This document shows positions 1-11,133 of a stretch of 64,000 bases of DNA, in pieces. The notes beneath the pieces are model-generated. The model was given only the letters and a program-made list of their open reading frames with translations, was not told where the DNA came from and did not search any database. Each line of letters begins with the position of its first letter. Position 1 is the first letter of the stretch. The stretch comes from Raillietiella orientalis. Its lineage: Eukaryota. The position numbers were made by a program, and so were the translations under genes. Where the stretch lies: contig JAYWIR010000001.1 of assembly GCA_036172245.1 (NCBI GenBank), positions 4,774,001 through 4,838,000 on the forward strand, given 5' to 3'.

Positions 1-403
1 TGAGAGTTAGCGTGTTTGACATCTCAGATAAGATACTGCCCAAGATACAGAGAGCATGCACATGGAGGCCGCGAGCATCAATTAAATACGATGCTCGAGG
101 AGGTCTTCGGTCGGAATCGAATGGATTTGCAGAATGCCGCGCGCCACAAGCGTGTCGGGAAACGAACGCATCAGGGAGATGCGTTGCCATAGAATCAGGA
201 GAAGGAAGCTTTTCAGAAAAGTAGGAAACTCAGGCTCCTGAGCACAAGCACCGATGAAATTCGTCTCTGCACTTCGTCCTGTTCATTTAAAAATGACCTC
301 GGCAGTCCAAAGAACCTGGTGGACGCCACCAAAAGTCTTTGGGATCGAAACGGCAGCACCGGGGAGATGTTTCAAGTCGGGCCGCGAATGTCAACAACTC
401 CGA

Positions 404-562
404 ACGGAAGCCTCTACGGTCCGAGGAGTAACAGATTCCATGAAAAATGGCAGGCAGAGAAGTGGCAACCGTGGGGATCATCCACGGAGTGTTCAAGGAC
501 TCATCTGCCGAAGCAAGAGTCCCCAAAAGATGACTGGCGCGCACTCCAGACTCGATTTTGCT
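404..562 (+). repeat. Dispersed repeat copy A, inverted relative to 1745-1916
   Basis: Shares long exact tracts such as caaggactcatctgccgaagcaagagtccccaaaagatg with the reverse complement of 1745-1916. Confidence 0.85.
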
Positions 563-1744
563 TTGGTGGGTGCTGGGCATGGTGATGAGATCGGCCTTCC
601 TCAGGTTCTGGGAAATGGGGCAGGTGGTTTCCGCAGTGGTGCTCATAACGGAATGCAGCTCATGCACTCGGAGAAGCTCTTTTGAACTTTTCAGCTAGCT
701 GTGACTCGCCCTTCCAGTGCCGCGGTTGCCATGCACCGGCCGGCGGCATCCGTAGGTTGAAATTTGCGCGCAAGAAGCCCGGATCGCCACTTTCAAGAGG
801 GTGGCGACGGGCACAGTCGCCTCCGCAGGCAAGCTCAGGAGCGCTCCCGCCAGGCCTCTCCGCGACTCTCCGAGCCAGGCCGACAAGCTCCACGCTCCGA
901 AAGAAACGCCGGCACTTTGAAACATCCCGGCTGCACCCCCCGACGTGTGAAAGCGCGGAACACAGAACGAGTGGGGGCGCTGCGAAACTCCTGACCACCT
1001 ACGCCTGCGAGGTCGACAGCGCTCGTGCCACAAGAATCCTCGGGAAATCACGTTGCCGTTTAGGCGAAAGCACAGGTATCGGAGCCTGATGAACGATGAT
1101 GGGGACGAAGATTTATGGACCCCCGGAAGCCAGCTCGAAATCGTCAGAGAAACGCATGCGCAAATGGGCAGTTAACGGTCGGTAGAGCCTGGAGTCCCGT
1201 CCTACGCAATCACCGCCCAATGAACCTCCACTGCAGGAATTATTATTAGTAGTACTAAATATCGGTCTGAGAGAGTGCACATGCAAGCAAAGCCCACGAG
1301 ATCGTATCTCTCGGAAGAGAATTGCATCCCGCTGCAATCTGATCGCATGCCGTAATGAGGCTCGCAGGAAGCGCAGTCTCGAAATTGCCTTCCGAAGGAT
1401 TTCGCCCCGGAGGACGTGAGCAACACTGCGCGAGAGGAAAGTCCGCTGCGTGCTGCCTAGAGTGAGGGCGTGGGATGGGACGGCGCTGCCGGGCGAGCGG
1501 GAGAGCCACTCTCCTTCGTGCGCACCCCTCCCGTCCGGCCAGACAGGCCCACTACGAAGGGCAGGCCCGAATCGCGGTGTCCTCGATCCGGTGTCGGGAT
1601 GGTTTCTTCCCGGGAGTGGGTATCGATAGGGAACCTCGTCCGCAAGTCCTGCTCGCTCCGCATCCGGGTCACCCGGATTCCGTCTGAGCACTCCCCCCCC
1701 CCAAAGCGGCTACTTCTGAGAAACGTTGGACTTTGCTCCGCCGG

Positions 1745-1916
1745 AGCAAGGTCGAGTCCAGAGAGTGCGCCAGCCATCTTTTGGGGACTCTTGCTTCGGC
1801 AGATGAGTCCTTGCACACTCCGTGGTAGGTCCCCACGGTTGCCACCTCTCCGCCTGTCCATAGGAAACAGCATTTTTCATGAAATCTGTTTCTCCCCCGA
1901 CCGCAGAGGCTTCCGT
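1745..1916 (-). repeat. Dispersed repeat copy B, inverted partner of 404-562
   Basis: The ORF track shows the same peptide PRSVQGLICRSKSPQKM on opposite strands at the two sites. Confidence 0.85.
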
Positions 1917-2449
1917 AACAGGCTGCCGCGATTCTACGAGTGTCTTTCATAAGGCAGCCTGGGTCACTTGCCTGACTCTGAGACGTTCCGCCGTGGCTCA
2001 GTGATGCTGTCGTAGATATGGACAGCACGACTTCACGACGTCGTAACCGAAGCACAAACGAGGCAAAGGCGATTGCGGTTCGCAGCGTCCATGGAGACGG
2101 ATTACCTCTGATATTGCCCCCTCCTCTTCCCTCTTCCTCCTTCGTTTATAGAATCCGGAACCGGAGGCCTCAAGGGAGGAAGTGTGCCCAAGGCAAATGG
2201 TCCCGCCAGACGGGATCACGCCGAAAAAGAAATCGGTTTCACTCCAGAATCCCGGCCTGGAATTACTATCAAGGTGGGAAAAGAATGCGAGGGAAACGAT
2301 GCCCACGTTGAATCGAGTTCGGCTTCCTCTGACGGTCGCCCAACTGAACGTCCAATAGGGAGCACTTTCGGTGATGGAGATCCATTAAAGGGCTGCTGAC
2401 TTTCCTTCACGAGCGAAAGACGACGCGCTTGAGAAGATTTTGTGTGCAC

Positions 2450-3150
2450 GTCACGCGCAGCCATCCCATCCAGAAAGCGTTCCCTTTGAAGATTGAGGAC
2501 TCTTCAGAACACTAAGCAAAATAAAGGCTGTCTTTGCACTTTTTGGGGGGGACGCAAAAACTCTTGTAAACGTCTTATGGACGAACTGTTGGCCTCTACG
2601 CCAACTCTTTGCTTGAAGTCGAGACAGCCTGGCAAAGCAAGGCAATGTGGCGGGACCTTTCAGCAAGCCCGGAAGCCAACAAGGAGAGGAAACTTTCACT
2701 TAGGGGGCGGGGAACCGCATCTCCCGGACCACAGAAAGTCAAGCGGAGGAGAGACGAACCTTCTCTCGAAAGCAGCCGTCCGAAAATCTCCACAGCGGAG
2801 ATCCCTCCCTCCTTCCGCAAAAGAGAAGCATGGACGGCCGGAGAGCGGATCGACTTGAAGCGCTCTCGGACGCCACAACTGGCAGATGCTGGAGGAGTGC
2901 CGATAAGCTACTTCAGCGGCTGGTAACCGAGGAAACGGGGGTGGCTCAGGAGACAGACTTTCTGGAGCGTACTCGTCCACGATACTTCGAGTTCAGTCCC
3001 TGCAGTCCGAAGGAGCTTTCTGAAGGACTGACTGCCAACAGAGCCGCCACCTCTGGATTCCTCTTCGGCGGATGTCTCAAGCAGCCGCCGAGGACCGTCT
3101 TCGCCTCTTAGAAGATTTGGCTGCAGGGATCTAGGTGATTTTCATCGAAA
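2450..3150 (+). mobile_element. Decayed non-LTR retrotransposon fragment (RT C-terminal region and RNase H-like)
   Basis: Frameshifted motifs GDAKTLVNVLW (cf. WG...TL..LY) and LLQRLVTEETGVAQETDFLER (cf. LQWIP.H.G..GNE.AD.LAK). Recognised by eye; boundaries approximate. Confidence 0.4.
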
Positions 3151-4814
3151 AGCTGATAGTAGGACCACAGCTCCATCAAGGCGCTCCGCCCACCAGAAGC
3201 GCCCTCTTCAGCAAACATTCCAGAGCTGACGCAGGGTTGTAATCACCGGCAGGCTTGGAAGACCGGGTTACCCCCATACTCCCTAGTAGGTTGCCTTTCC
3301 AGAGACATGGACGCGTGGAGAAGACCAGCGTGTTTCCTTCGCGACCACTACCGGACTGACACTCGGCTACCGAGCGTTCCATGTTCCTCTCTCACCGAGA
3401 CGCCGCCGGCCGCCTTTCCGAGTTCTGTCAGCTTTTCTTTTTCCCGAGGGAAGCCATAAAGCCCCGCAGGCAAGTCCACAGAAATCCACGAAGTCCTGCT
3501 GGAATATGTCCCCAGGGTCTCTTCTGCTCCCTCTGTGCACCCATCATCGGTCGAAGCCTCCTTTGAACCTCGAACTTGAGCGGACGCAGAGCACAGCGAT
3601 CTTCTGAGCTATCAAGAAGGTTCTAAAGTTTTCGCCGGTGAGCTTTCAAGAATAACTCTGACCACAGACTCCCCGGTGATCTCGATTCTGAAGCGACTGC
3701 CCATCTCAGAGTCAGCTGCTTTCGCGGGTGTGTGCCGAACACTCTTTAGAGAGTTCCGAACTCCCACGGTTGCCAGAGTCCTGCTGCCTCTAACAACCGA
3801 TCCTGCCTCCCACGAACAGAATCTGATAAGCGGAACAACATTTGATTCATCTCAAAGTTCCCGGTTCTGCTCTGCGAAATGGGTCCACTAGGGATGGTCA
3901 TGGATGTGGCGGTCAGCACCGAAGAAAACAGGACATTTCATCGATTTAAATTCTAAGGCAAGGAGGAGGTCACATGGACTCGATCGTTCGCCCTGTCAGA
4001 TGAGATTCTCATTTCCCCTTCCACTTACATAAGATCCAGTTATCTTGGGGAAACTTCCGAAGGGGTCCACTACAAGGTGGCTCGCCACTAACCAACGAGA
4101 AAAGAAGGACGTTTCACCTTCTGCACAGTCCAACAAGCCTCCCCCTTACGCCTTCTAACGGAGCTGCTATTAAAACTCTGGAATAATGCATCTTCAAGGA
4201 CACCTTTTCCTGCTCAATCCCGAATTTTCCCGTTACACCTTAGTGGACAGGATCCCCACGAACCCGGACATCACAAGACGATAGCATCAAAAGTGCAGCC
4301 GTTCCCTTTGGAGTCTCAGAGCTTCAGTGTATGTGTCAAACGGGAGTATCCACCATGATCTTCGACGACTGCTGCCCTGCGCCAGAAACCAGACGGGAGC
4401 CGCCACGAATACTGGGACGTCTCTCTTCGTTTCCAGAGCTTCAATGGGAGACCGGCCACGGTGGAACGCGGATAAGACCTGGCTATTCGAGGCCATCTTG
4501 AGCAAGAAAGCAAGTTGAAACATTCGGCAGTGTTTTAGCGAAAAGCGCATCTGAAAAGGCGAAGAGTGGCAACCGCGACGAGGTGTAGGGGTAGCTCGAG
4601 AGGGAGGTTGTCGTGGAGAGCGGCGGTTCGTCTATAGGGCATCTGCAGGGAACAAAAATGCATCAAAAAAAAAGAAAAGAAAAAGAAAAGCTGAACTTTG
4701 CAACCCAGGATCCACATGAAAAGAATTCTTGTTTTCCATGAGGACCATCCCGGTGGGTTCCCAACAGCCTTTCCTTGAGATGAATGAGGAAGGTTCCAGA
4801 AGAAGGACGCGAAG

Positions 4815-4990
4815 CTACGTCGCATGCTGCGTCCTCACCGGGTGCTCTGTAGCAGCTCCCTCCCTCGAGTCCTGTTTTCCTCCTTCAGGGCTCCTGAGGG
4901 CTCTCCTGCAGAGCGCGTAAGCAAGTTGGCTTCTAGGCAATGGCACGCAACCCACGATTCCCTCTCCTCCTCCTCTTACCCCCTTCCTTT
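4815..4990 (-). repeat. Repeat copy, probably a LINE RT C-terminal remnant; inverted partner of 6100-6262
   Basis: RSQLAYALCRRALRS...EHPVRTQHAT on - versus GSQLAYVLCRVALKS...EHPVRIQNAT on +. Confidence 0.7.
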
Positions 4991-6099
4991 TCTTTATCCT
5001 TTCCGCCTCCTCCCCCTTGCAGAAGAAGGACGCAAGGGAGAGTCCCTGGCTCCGGGACAGGGAAGGCACGGAAGAGGAAGGGAAAGCGAGGCTCCCAGGA
5101 AGCTATGGGTGTTCCCGCCCGCTCGCTCGAACCTGGCGTGCGCTTCCGGACCGACACGACAGCCCCATCCAATGAGCAGCAGCGGCATCCTGCGCGCCGC
5201 GGCAGATGCGGGATGCCGTAGGCAGAGACCACGGGAGTTCCACTTCTGGGAGCGAAGTCGCCCTGCCGACGTCGTCGGGTATGGGCCGCGAGCGGAACGA
5301 CGGAAGCTGAGCGCTCGCGCGCGCATGAGACGTGGGTGCCGTATCTGCAGCCACCACCCGTCCCGCTGCTCGCTCCACGTCAGACCTTGGACGAATGCGA
5401 GCGTCCCTGCCGGGAGGGCGCGGAGGGAGAGAGAACGAAGCAGCATGGCCGCTGTCGTCACCCTGGCGCGTTGCGTGCCGCTGCTCACGTATCCTCGGGT
5501 GTCGCTGGGATGAAGTCCGTCGGCAGAGGGACCGCGTTCACTCGATAGCATTCTCGGAGGAGGAGCAAAGAGGTCCACACCCTGGGCAAGCACATACCAC
5601 GACGCCGTCAATGCAGATTTTCTGGGAGGTCACGTGGCGCTCCTACGGAGCAGGGGAGGAGAAAGGCTCTTCTGACCCTCTCTCCCTTCCTCCCCTACCC
5701 TGCTGCTCGCCTTGCCACCCATCGCCACCGCTTCCCACAGGCGCCGGGAGGGGGAAGCCGCAGGCTTGGTTTAGTCTCGGAGACCTCCCAAGCCACGGAA
5801 GTGGAAAGCTGACATCCCTGGAGGGAAAGGGGAGTTGAGAGGAGAGTAAGTGTTCTGCTCTACTCTCAACTTTCGCGTCACTCACATCGTGGGCATTCTG
5901 GAGCTGCGTCCTCCGATCAGAACCGAAGACGCGGAACTCCGAAGCATCTGTGCATCTGTCCTGTCGGATGAGGCTAGATAGGCGGGCGATTCCTGGGATG
6001 CGGTTGGCGCCGCGACAGAGCCGCCGATCGTCCCCCGGGGAGAGATGTCAAGAGAGAAGGAGGAGGCGGAGGAGGAAAGGAAAAAGAAAGGAAGAGAGG

Positions 6100-6262
6100 A
6101 AGAGAAGGAAGAGAGGGAACTGTAGGTTGTACACCATTGCTTGGCAGCCAACTCGCTTACGTGCTCTGCAGGGTAGCCCTCAAGAGCTCTGCAGGAGAAA
6201 GGCAGGAGGCGAGGGAGGCGACCCCTACAGAGCACCCGGTGCGAATACAGAACGCGACATTG
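6100..6262 (+). repeat. Repeat copy, inverted partner of 4815-4990
   Basis: DNA and peptide similarity to the reverse complement of 4815-4990. Confidence 0.7.
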
Positions 6263-6499
6263 CACCCGGCAGGAGGAGCGGGCGGCATGCTGCCGTCGCC
6301 GAGCTGGGACGAGGATGCAGGATGGGGAGGGAAGTGGGAGTGTCCGCGGCGCCATGCCACTGCTCCTCCCGAGGAACCGTCACGCATGAGGGAAAAAGGA
6401 CTGACCCCCCCAGTCCAGCAAGCGTCCCTCCAGAGAAGATGGCGTGCAGGCGCCTCCGGAGGGAAGCGGACTCCGTGACAGAGGTCATTCTGGGCGGAA

Positions 6500-7700
6500 G
6501 GCAGGGCGGGACGAGCCGTGTCCTGAAAGAGCTCCCTCCCAACTGTCCTGAAGGTGGTCTCTCATCCTTCCAGACTCGGAAACGATGACCCTCGTTCCTA
6601 ACTATGAGACTCACGGGGCAAGAGGTGGTCAGAGCAAAGGATTGGATGAGCAGATTTCCTCTTCCGTCCACGCCTTGGCAACTCTCAGGAAACGACTGGG
6701 AGGAGGACTCATTCCCGAAGCCCCCTGAGTACAGCTGTCCTCCTTCTGCAGTGGGTTCCCGCGGAAAGGAAGGGGTTCGAAGGGAGAGGAGAGTCTCCCA
6801 CCGAAGCATCAGCGGAGAAGAGGGGCTTTCTGGAAGAACTTCGCGGAGGAGAGGGGCGTTCCCGTTCCCCCTCTACCAGACCTTCCAGTCGGCGGAGGGA
6901 ACCGCCTGATGCTATCAACCACACGACAGGGTAGGGGAGGCTGCCTGGAGCTCGTTCCAGGAGGATTGACTTCCTTCCCGGATAGCATCCTGAACTCCCC
7001 GTGGAGCAAAGTCGAGAGAAGCGAGGCTTGTGGGGCAGTACCCAGGGGCGCATCTCCCGGACGTGGAGGGAAAGCGGGGGTCGCCGCTAGCACGAGAGAA
7101 AAAGTCGAGGTGGTCGCCACCGCAGGGAGGGGGACAGCTCACTGCCCTCCGAGGGGGAAGGGAGGGGGCGGGCAGGAAGCGCACGCGGTCTGGCCAGGCG
7201 GGGGGAAGGCATCTGGCGTCGTCGAGACTCGCATGCTCCAGCCACCTCGCCGCGGCTGGAGGCAGGGGAGCAGGAGAGCGCCCATCGCGCGATGCGGAGG
7301 ATGTGCCTTCCAGTCAGGTGTGTTCTGGGAGCCGCAGATGTTCCCTCCGGTTGCCATCCTCGGGAGCCCCGCGGAGGTGCCCGCCAACCGGGCGGAGCGC
7401 GTGCGCGAAGGCTGCTGCTCCCGCGTCCCCGCCGAGCCGCGCGTAACCAGAAGGTCACGACGGCACAGGGAGGAGAGGTGGCTGGTGGAAGCGCCCTGGA
7501 GAGCGCTTCCCAACCATCGTCCTCCCTCTTCAGGGGTACGGGACATTCTTCGCTCCCGGAAGAGCTGGAATGGAACGAGGGACGGGCGAGGATGCTGGAG
7601 TCGTGCTTCCCGGTGCACCTCCCTCAGGAGAGAGGTGAGGATGGAGTGCCGCCAGCTGAAAAGCTCCAGACCCCACTACTGTTGGGGCATTCCCGCCTCT
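6500..7700 (-). mobile_element. Decayed LINE remnant (APE endonuclease end to RT start)
   Basis: In order on -: STTPD (cf. TPDLT), GGDHL (cf. GSDH.P), FPESC (cf. P.SWK), SCPVSL (cf. YRPISL), split across frames. Confidence 0.35.
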
Positions 7701-9302
7701 GTTCCCCTCCCCTTCCACTTCTTCCCCTTCTCGCCATCCCTCGGCGTTCCGCTGGTTGTCGGGCGTGGCGACGAAGCACCGAAAGGCAAAACCGTTCGTT
7801 TGCTTCCCACTAGATGGCAGGGCATGGCGCACTGCCGGCGATATCTCGGAAGAGGAACGGCCTCGGAGGGAAGGCGTGCGTTTCCAGAGGATGTGAGAAG
7901 CGCTACGAAAGAAGGGATATGCAGAGAAGCGTGGTCCAACAGAGGGAGATCCTGGAGCTCATCAGCTCTTGAGCTTCTCCTTTCGCTGCGTGGAGAAGGC
8001 ATCAAGAGCGCGACCACCGCAAAGCGTGGAAGGAGTAGGGAGACTTGCAGAAGCTTCCTCGCCCCTCGCCCGCAGCCCCCATTCTCCCAGGGTCGATCCC
8101 CCGCGAGGACAAGGGGAAGCAAGGAGAAGTGTGAGCCGCTTCCCGAAGCATCCCCTCGAAAGGACTGGAGGGTCGATGGGTGCGGAGGTAGCCACCTCCT
8201 CACCCATCTACCAGCCCCAAGGCAAGCCAGCTCGCTGCTCCCGGCAGCAATCGCGTGAGTGCGCAACTGCTGGAAAGGTGCTCGGAGGCTGTTGAAGCAC
8301 GTGTGACGAAAGGGAGGGAGGGAATGCATGAAGTCCGGGTCACCGGAACGCCGGCGATGCGATGCTGTCGACGCCGCTGCCTGCCAAGCCGCGTGGCCTG
8401 AGCTCAGCCCATGACAACGGGGGTGGGGGCGGGGGAACCTTCTACTTCTGCTTCTTGTAAAAGTGCTCCTCTGTGTGTTGTTTGGAACGGCCACCTCTAG
8501 GAACAAGTCAAGAGGCCCGCCCGACCTGACTCCGTGCCCGGAAGCGGTGGCAGGAAGGGGGGGGGGGAGACCCATCCCGGATGGAGGGGCTGTTGCTCCT
8601 CCTCCTACAGCATCCCAACGGAAGCCTCTACACATCCTCCGTCCCGTGCGAGAGAGCGAGCGAGAAGGAGAAGGGCGGGTGGGCGGCTGCTGCAATCCGA
8701 GCGCGGATTCGCCCTCCTGGGAGAGCGGGCGAAATCCGCTCTCGGGTTCCCGTGGAAACGGTCCTCTTCTTTCCCTTTCGCGTTGCTGAGCTAGCTGCGC
8801 GTGTTGTGTTTCTTTAGAGCGGGTCTCCCGGAGCTACCGCCGCCTCCGGTCCTATGGGGGAGCAAGAAGAGGAGAGAGGCGCAGGGCGGACCCATGGAGT
8901 GTGGGGGAGGTAGACGCACGCGCTCTCGCAGGCCTTCGAGCTGCCGGCTTTTCCCGCCGGAGAGGACGATGGCGCTGATTCTCTCCCTCTCTCCCTTCGT
9001 CGCTCTCGCGTGCCAGCGCGTGAGCGAACGCACGCGCGCGCGCCCACTCGCCCTCCGCCGGCGGAGGCGCAGCGCGTTCGTAAACTCCCTTCCCGTACAA
9101 CCCGTCCGCGCGCCGCCGCGAACGGCGCAGTACTGATGAGGAGAGGGCACGCGCGGGGAGTGCGCACGCGCGACGAGAGCGAGAGACGGGAGGAGGAAGG
9201 GAGGAGGGGGGAGGGAACGAAACGAGCAGGCGACCGGCGATGCTCTCTCTACTGCGCAACAGCGGGGCGCGCGCCTCGCTCCTTTGTCTCTGCCCCTTCC
9301 GC

Positions 9303-9336
9303 GCGCATGCGCTCGGGGCGGGTTGCGTGACGTCAC
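9303..9336 (+). promoter_or_regulatory. Putative hdc proximal promoter motif cluster: NRF1/EWG palindrome, Sp/KLF GC box and full CRE
   Basis: GCGCATGCGC at 9303-9312, GGGGCGGG at 9315-9322 and GTGACGTCAC at 9327-9336, all within 34 bp and ~470 bp upstream of the ATG in CpG-dense DNA. Confidence 0.6.
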
Positions 9337-9800
9337 ACAGCTCGGCACGTTCATGAGCGCGAACCTTCGTCCGACGACGGCAGAAGTCACCAAAAGTCAC
9401 GCGGTGCCGGCAGCCGCTGCGAGGACGAGCCACACACACGCGGTGTATTGCGCGCGGAGGTACGAAAGAGCGAGGAGCGCGCGCGAGAGCCAGGCTTCGC
9501 GCGCGATCGAGCGAAGAGGTAGGGAGGAGAGGTCGTCTTGGCGACGCACTTCACCCCCCCCCCCCCCGGGCTGCGGTGTCAGGGCCGCAGTTGTTGGATT
9601 CCCCTGCTGCTGGTCCGCCCGCGTGTTTTTTTTTTGTCCCTTCCCTCCCCCCGGGCCTCCTTCTGTGTGCGCACGCCCGCTCTCCCCCTGGTGACCGTGC
9701 AAAGATCGGAGGAAGGAGGGCGAGGAACGCATGCCTGCCGGCGCCCCCCGTCGGTCTAGAGGCTGCAGGTGATCCCGCACTCCCGTTGCTGACTGCCGAG

Positions 9801-10591
9801 ATGCCGCCGCAGGCGAGGAGGTTCCTGTCCTCCGTCTCCGCGGGCAGCGGCGACTCCACCCACGCCGCCCCTTCCTTCCCGGAAGTGAGCCCTTCCTCCC
9901 GGTGCTGTGTCCCCGGTTCCTGCAAGCTGGCAGGCCGGCCCCTCGACCCGTCCCACTCCGTGAGGGTGTACTGCAACAACGAGCGGTGCCCCGTGGGCAA
10001 TTACATGCACCGGGAGTGCTTCGAGGACTGGGAGCGGGCCATCCTCAGCTTCCTGCGCTCCTGCGGCAGGGCGCGCAGCTGGTCAGAGAAGCAAAGGCAG
10101 CAGAACGTGTGGACCAAGAAGGGCTACGACCTCGCCCGCAGGGCTTGCGCCTGCTCCTGCGGCAAGGGCCACATCCGCAAGGACCTCGACTGGACGCCTC
10201 CGCCGGCCGCAACCTACGGCGCCGACGGCGACGGTGACCAGCGAGACGCCTCGGGCAGTCGCCGCAAGAAGAAGAAGCAACAGCAGCATCAGCAGGTCTG
10301 CCGGCAGCCCGGTTCCCAGCCGGGCAGGCCCGTCCTCACGTTCGTGGCCGGCATCCCCTGCGGGGGCGCTGCCTCCTCGTCGTCGTCATCGTCGTCCTCG
10401 TCCTCGTCCTCGTCGTCGTGTCGGGTAGGTGCCGGCGACGTGCCTCTCGCCGGCAACCGGACGAGGGTCAACAGCGTCGGCAGCACCGGAAGCGGTTCCG
10501 GAAGCCCCTCCTCGGGGTCCACCGGCTCTCCCGTGCTGCCCTTGGTGGTGATGGAAAAGAGGAAGTTCGATCTGTTCTCCGACCGCACGAG
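9801..10591 (+). CDS. hdc: Headcase protein (HECA homologue), coding exon 1: N-terminal Cys-rich HECA domain plus low-complexity linker
   Basis: Translation contains CCVPGSC...VRVYCNNERCPVGNYMHRECFEDWE...LRSCGRARSWSEKQRQQNVWTKKGYDLARRACACSCGKGHIRKDLDW, the recognisable headcase N-terminal domain. ATG at 9801 (gagATGc). Donor AG|GTGAGT at 10591/10592, phase 2. The start codon is less certain than the domain. Confidence 0.93.
10374..10418 (+). repeat. Coding TCN repeat encoding poly-Ser15
   Basis: 15 consecutive TCC/TCG/TCA codons in hdc exon 1. Confidence 0.9.
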
Positions 10592-10797
10592 GTGAGTGGC
10601 CCGGGAGGCGAGGGAGGATAGAAGGGGGCTCGGAACGGCGAGAGGCGCCTGTTGGCGGCGAAGGGTCGTCGCGTGGCACTCGCTCGCGTCCCCGCAGCGA
10701 CGAGGGGGAGGGGAACGGGAGGAGGAGCTCCTCGCCCCGTTTTGCGGCACGCACGCCCATGTTCTCACGTTTTTGACGTCGCCGTGGTTTCCCGTAG

Positions 10798-10894
10798 GCA
10801 CGGATCCGGCAGCGTCGGCCTCTTCTCCCGCAGGATCAGTTTCAACTCCTTCAACAAGTTGCCTCGCAACAAGATGAACTCCTACAACATCAAG
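10798..10894 (+). CDS. hdc: Headcase coding exon 2 (RHGSGSVGLFSRRISFNSFNKLPRNKMNSYNIK)
   Basis: Acceptor cccgtag|G restores the split AGG codon. Donor AAG|GTGAGT. The peptide resembles the HECA segment F.RR......IPRHKLNTFHVR that precedes the C-terminal domain. Confidence 0.92.
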
Positions 10895-11005
10895 GTGAGT
10901 GCGAAGCGACCTTGCCTCCCCTCCTCCCCCATTCCGGGAGGCGCTTTCTCCGACACGTCCGCAAGCACGCGGGCGCGCTGGGTGGAAGAAGAGAGCAGTC
11001 AGACG

Positions 11006-11133
11006 GGGAGACGAAACGCGGGTCCTCTTCATGGGGGACCGGACGCCAGCACTTCCGGAGGTGGTCAGTCCCCTCGGCAGGGGACATGCATGACCCGCCG
11101 CCCTCTGGCGGCCGGCGCAGTTTCCGCGGACGA
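11006..11133 (+). repeat. Intronic direct repeat, copy 1 (hdc intron 2)
   Basis: gaaacgcgggtcctctt...tgacccgccgccctctggc..ccggcg...tttccgcggacga recurs at 12322-12449 and partly at 12497-12540. Confidence 0.8.

Noticed and set aside
6909-8258. 449-aa ORF, the longest in the track
   Set aside because: Arg/Gly/Pro-rich with no domain. It is antisense to a probable decayed LINE and typical of chance ORFs in GC-rich DNA.
9576-9800. GTG-initiated N-terminal extension of hdc shown in the ORF track
   Set aside because: This reflects prokaryote-style start calling. The extension has no recognisable homology and crosses homopolymer runs, so the ATG at 9801 is preferred.
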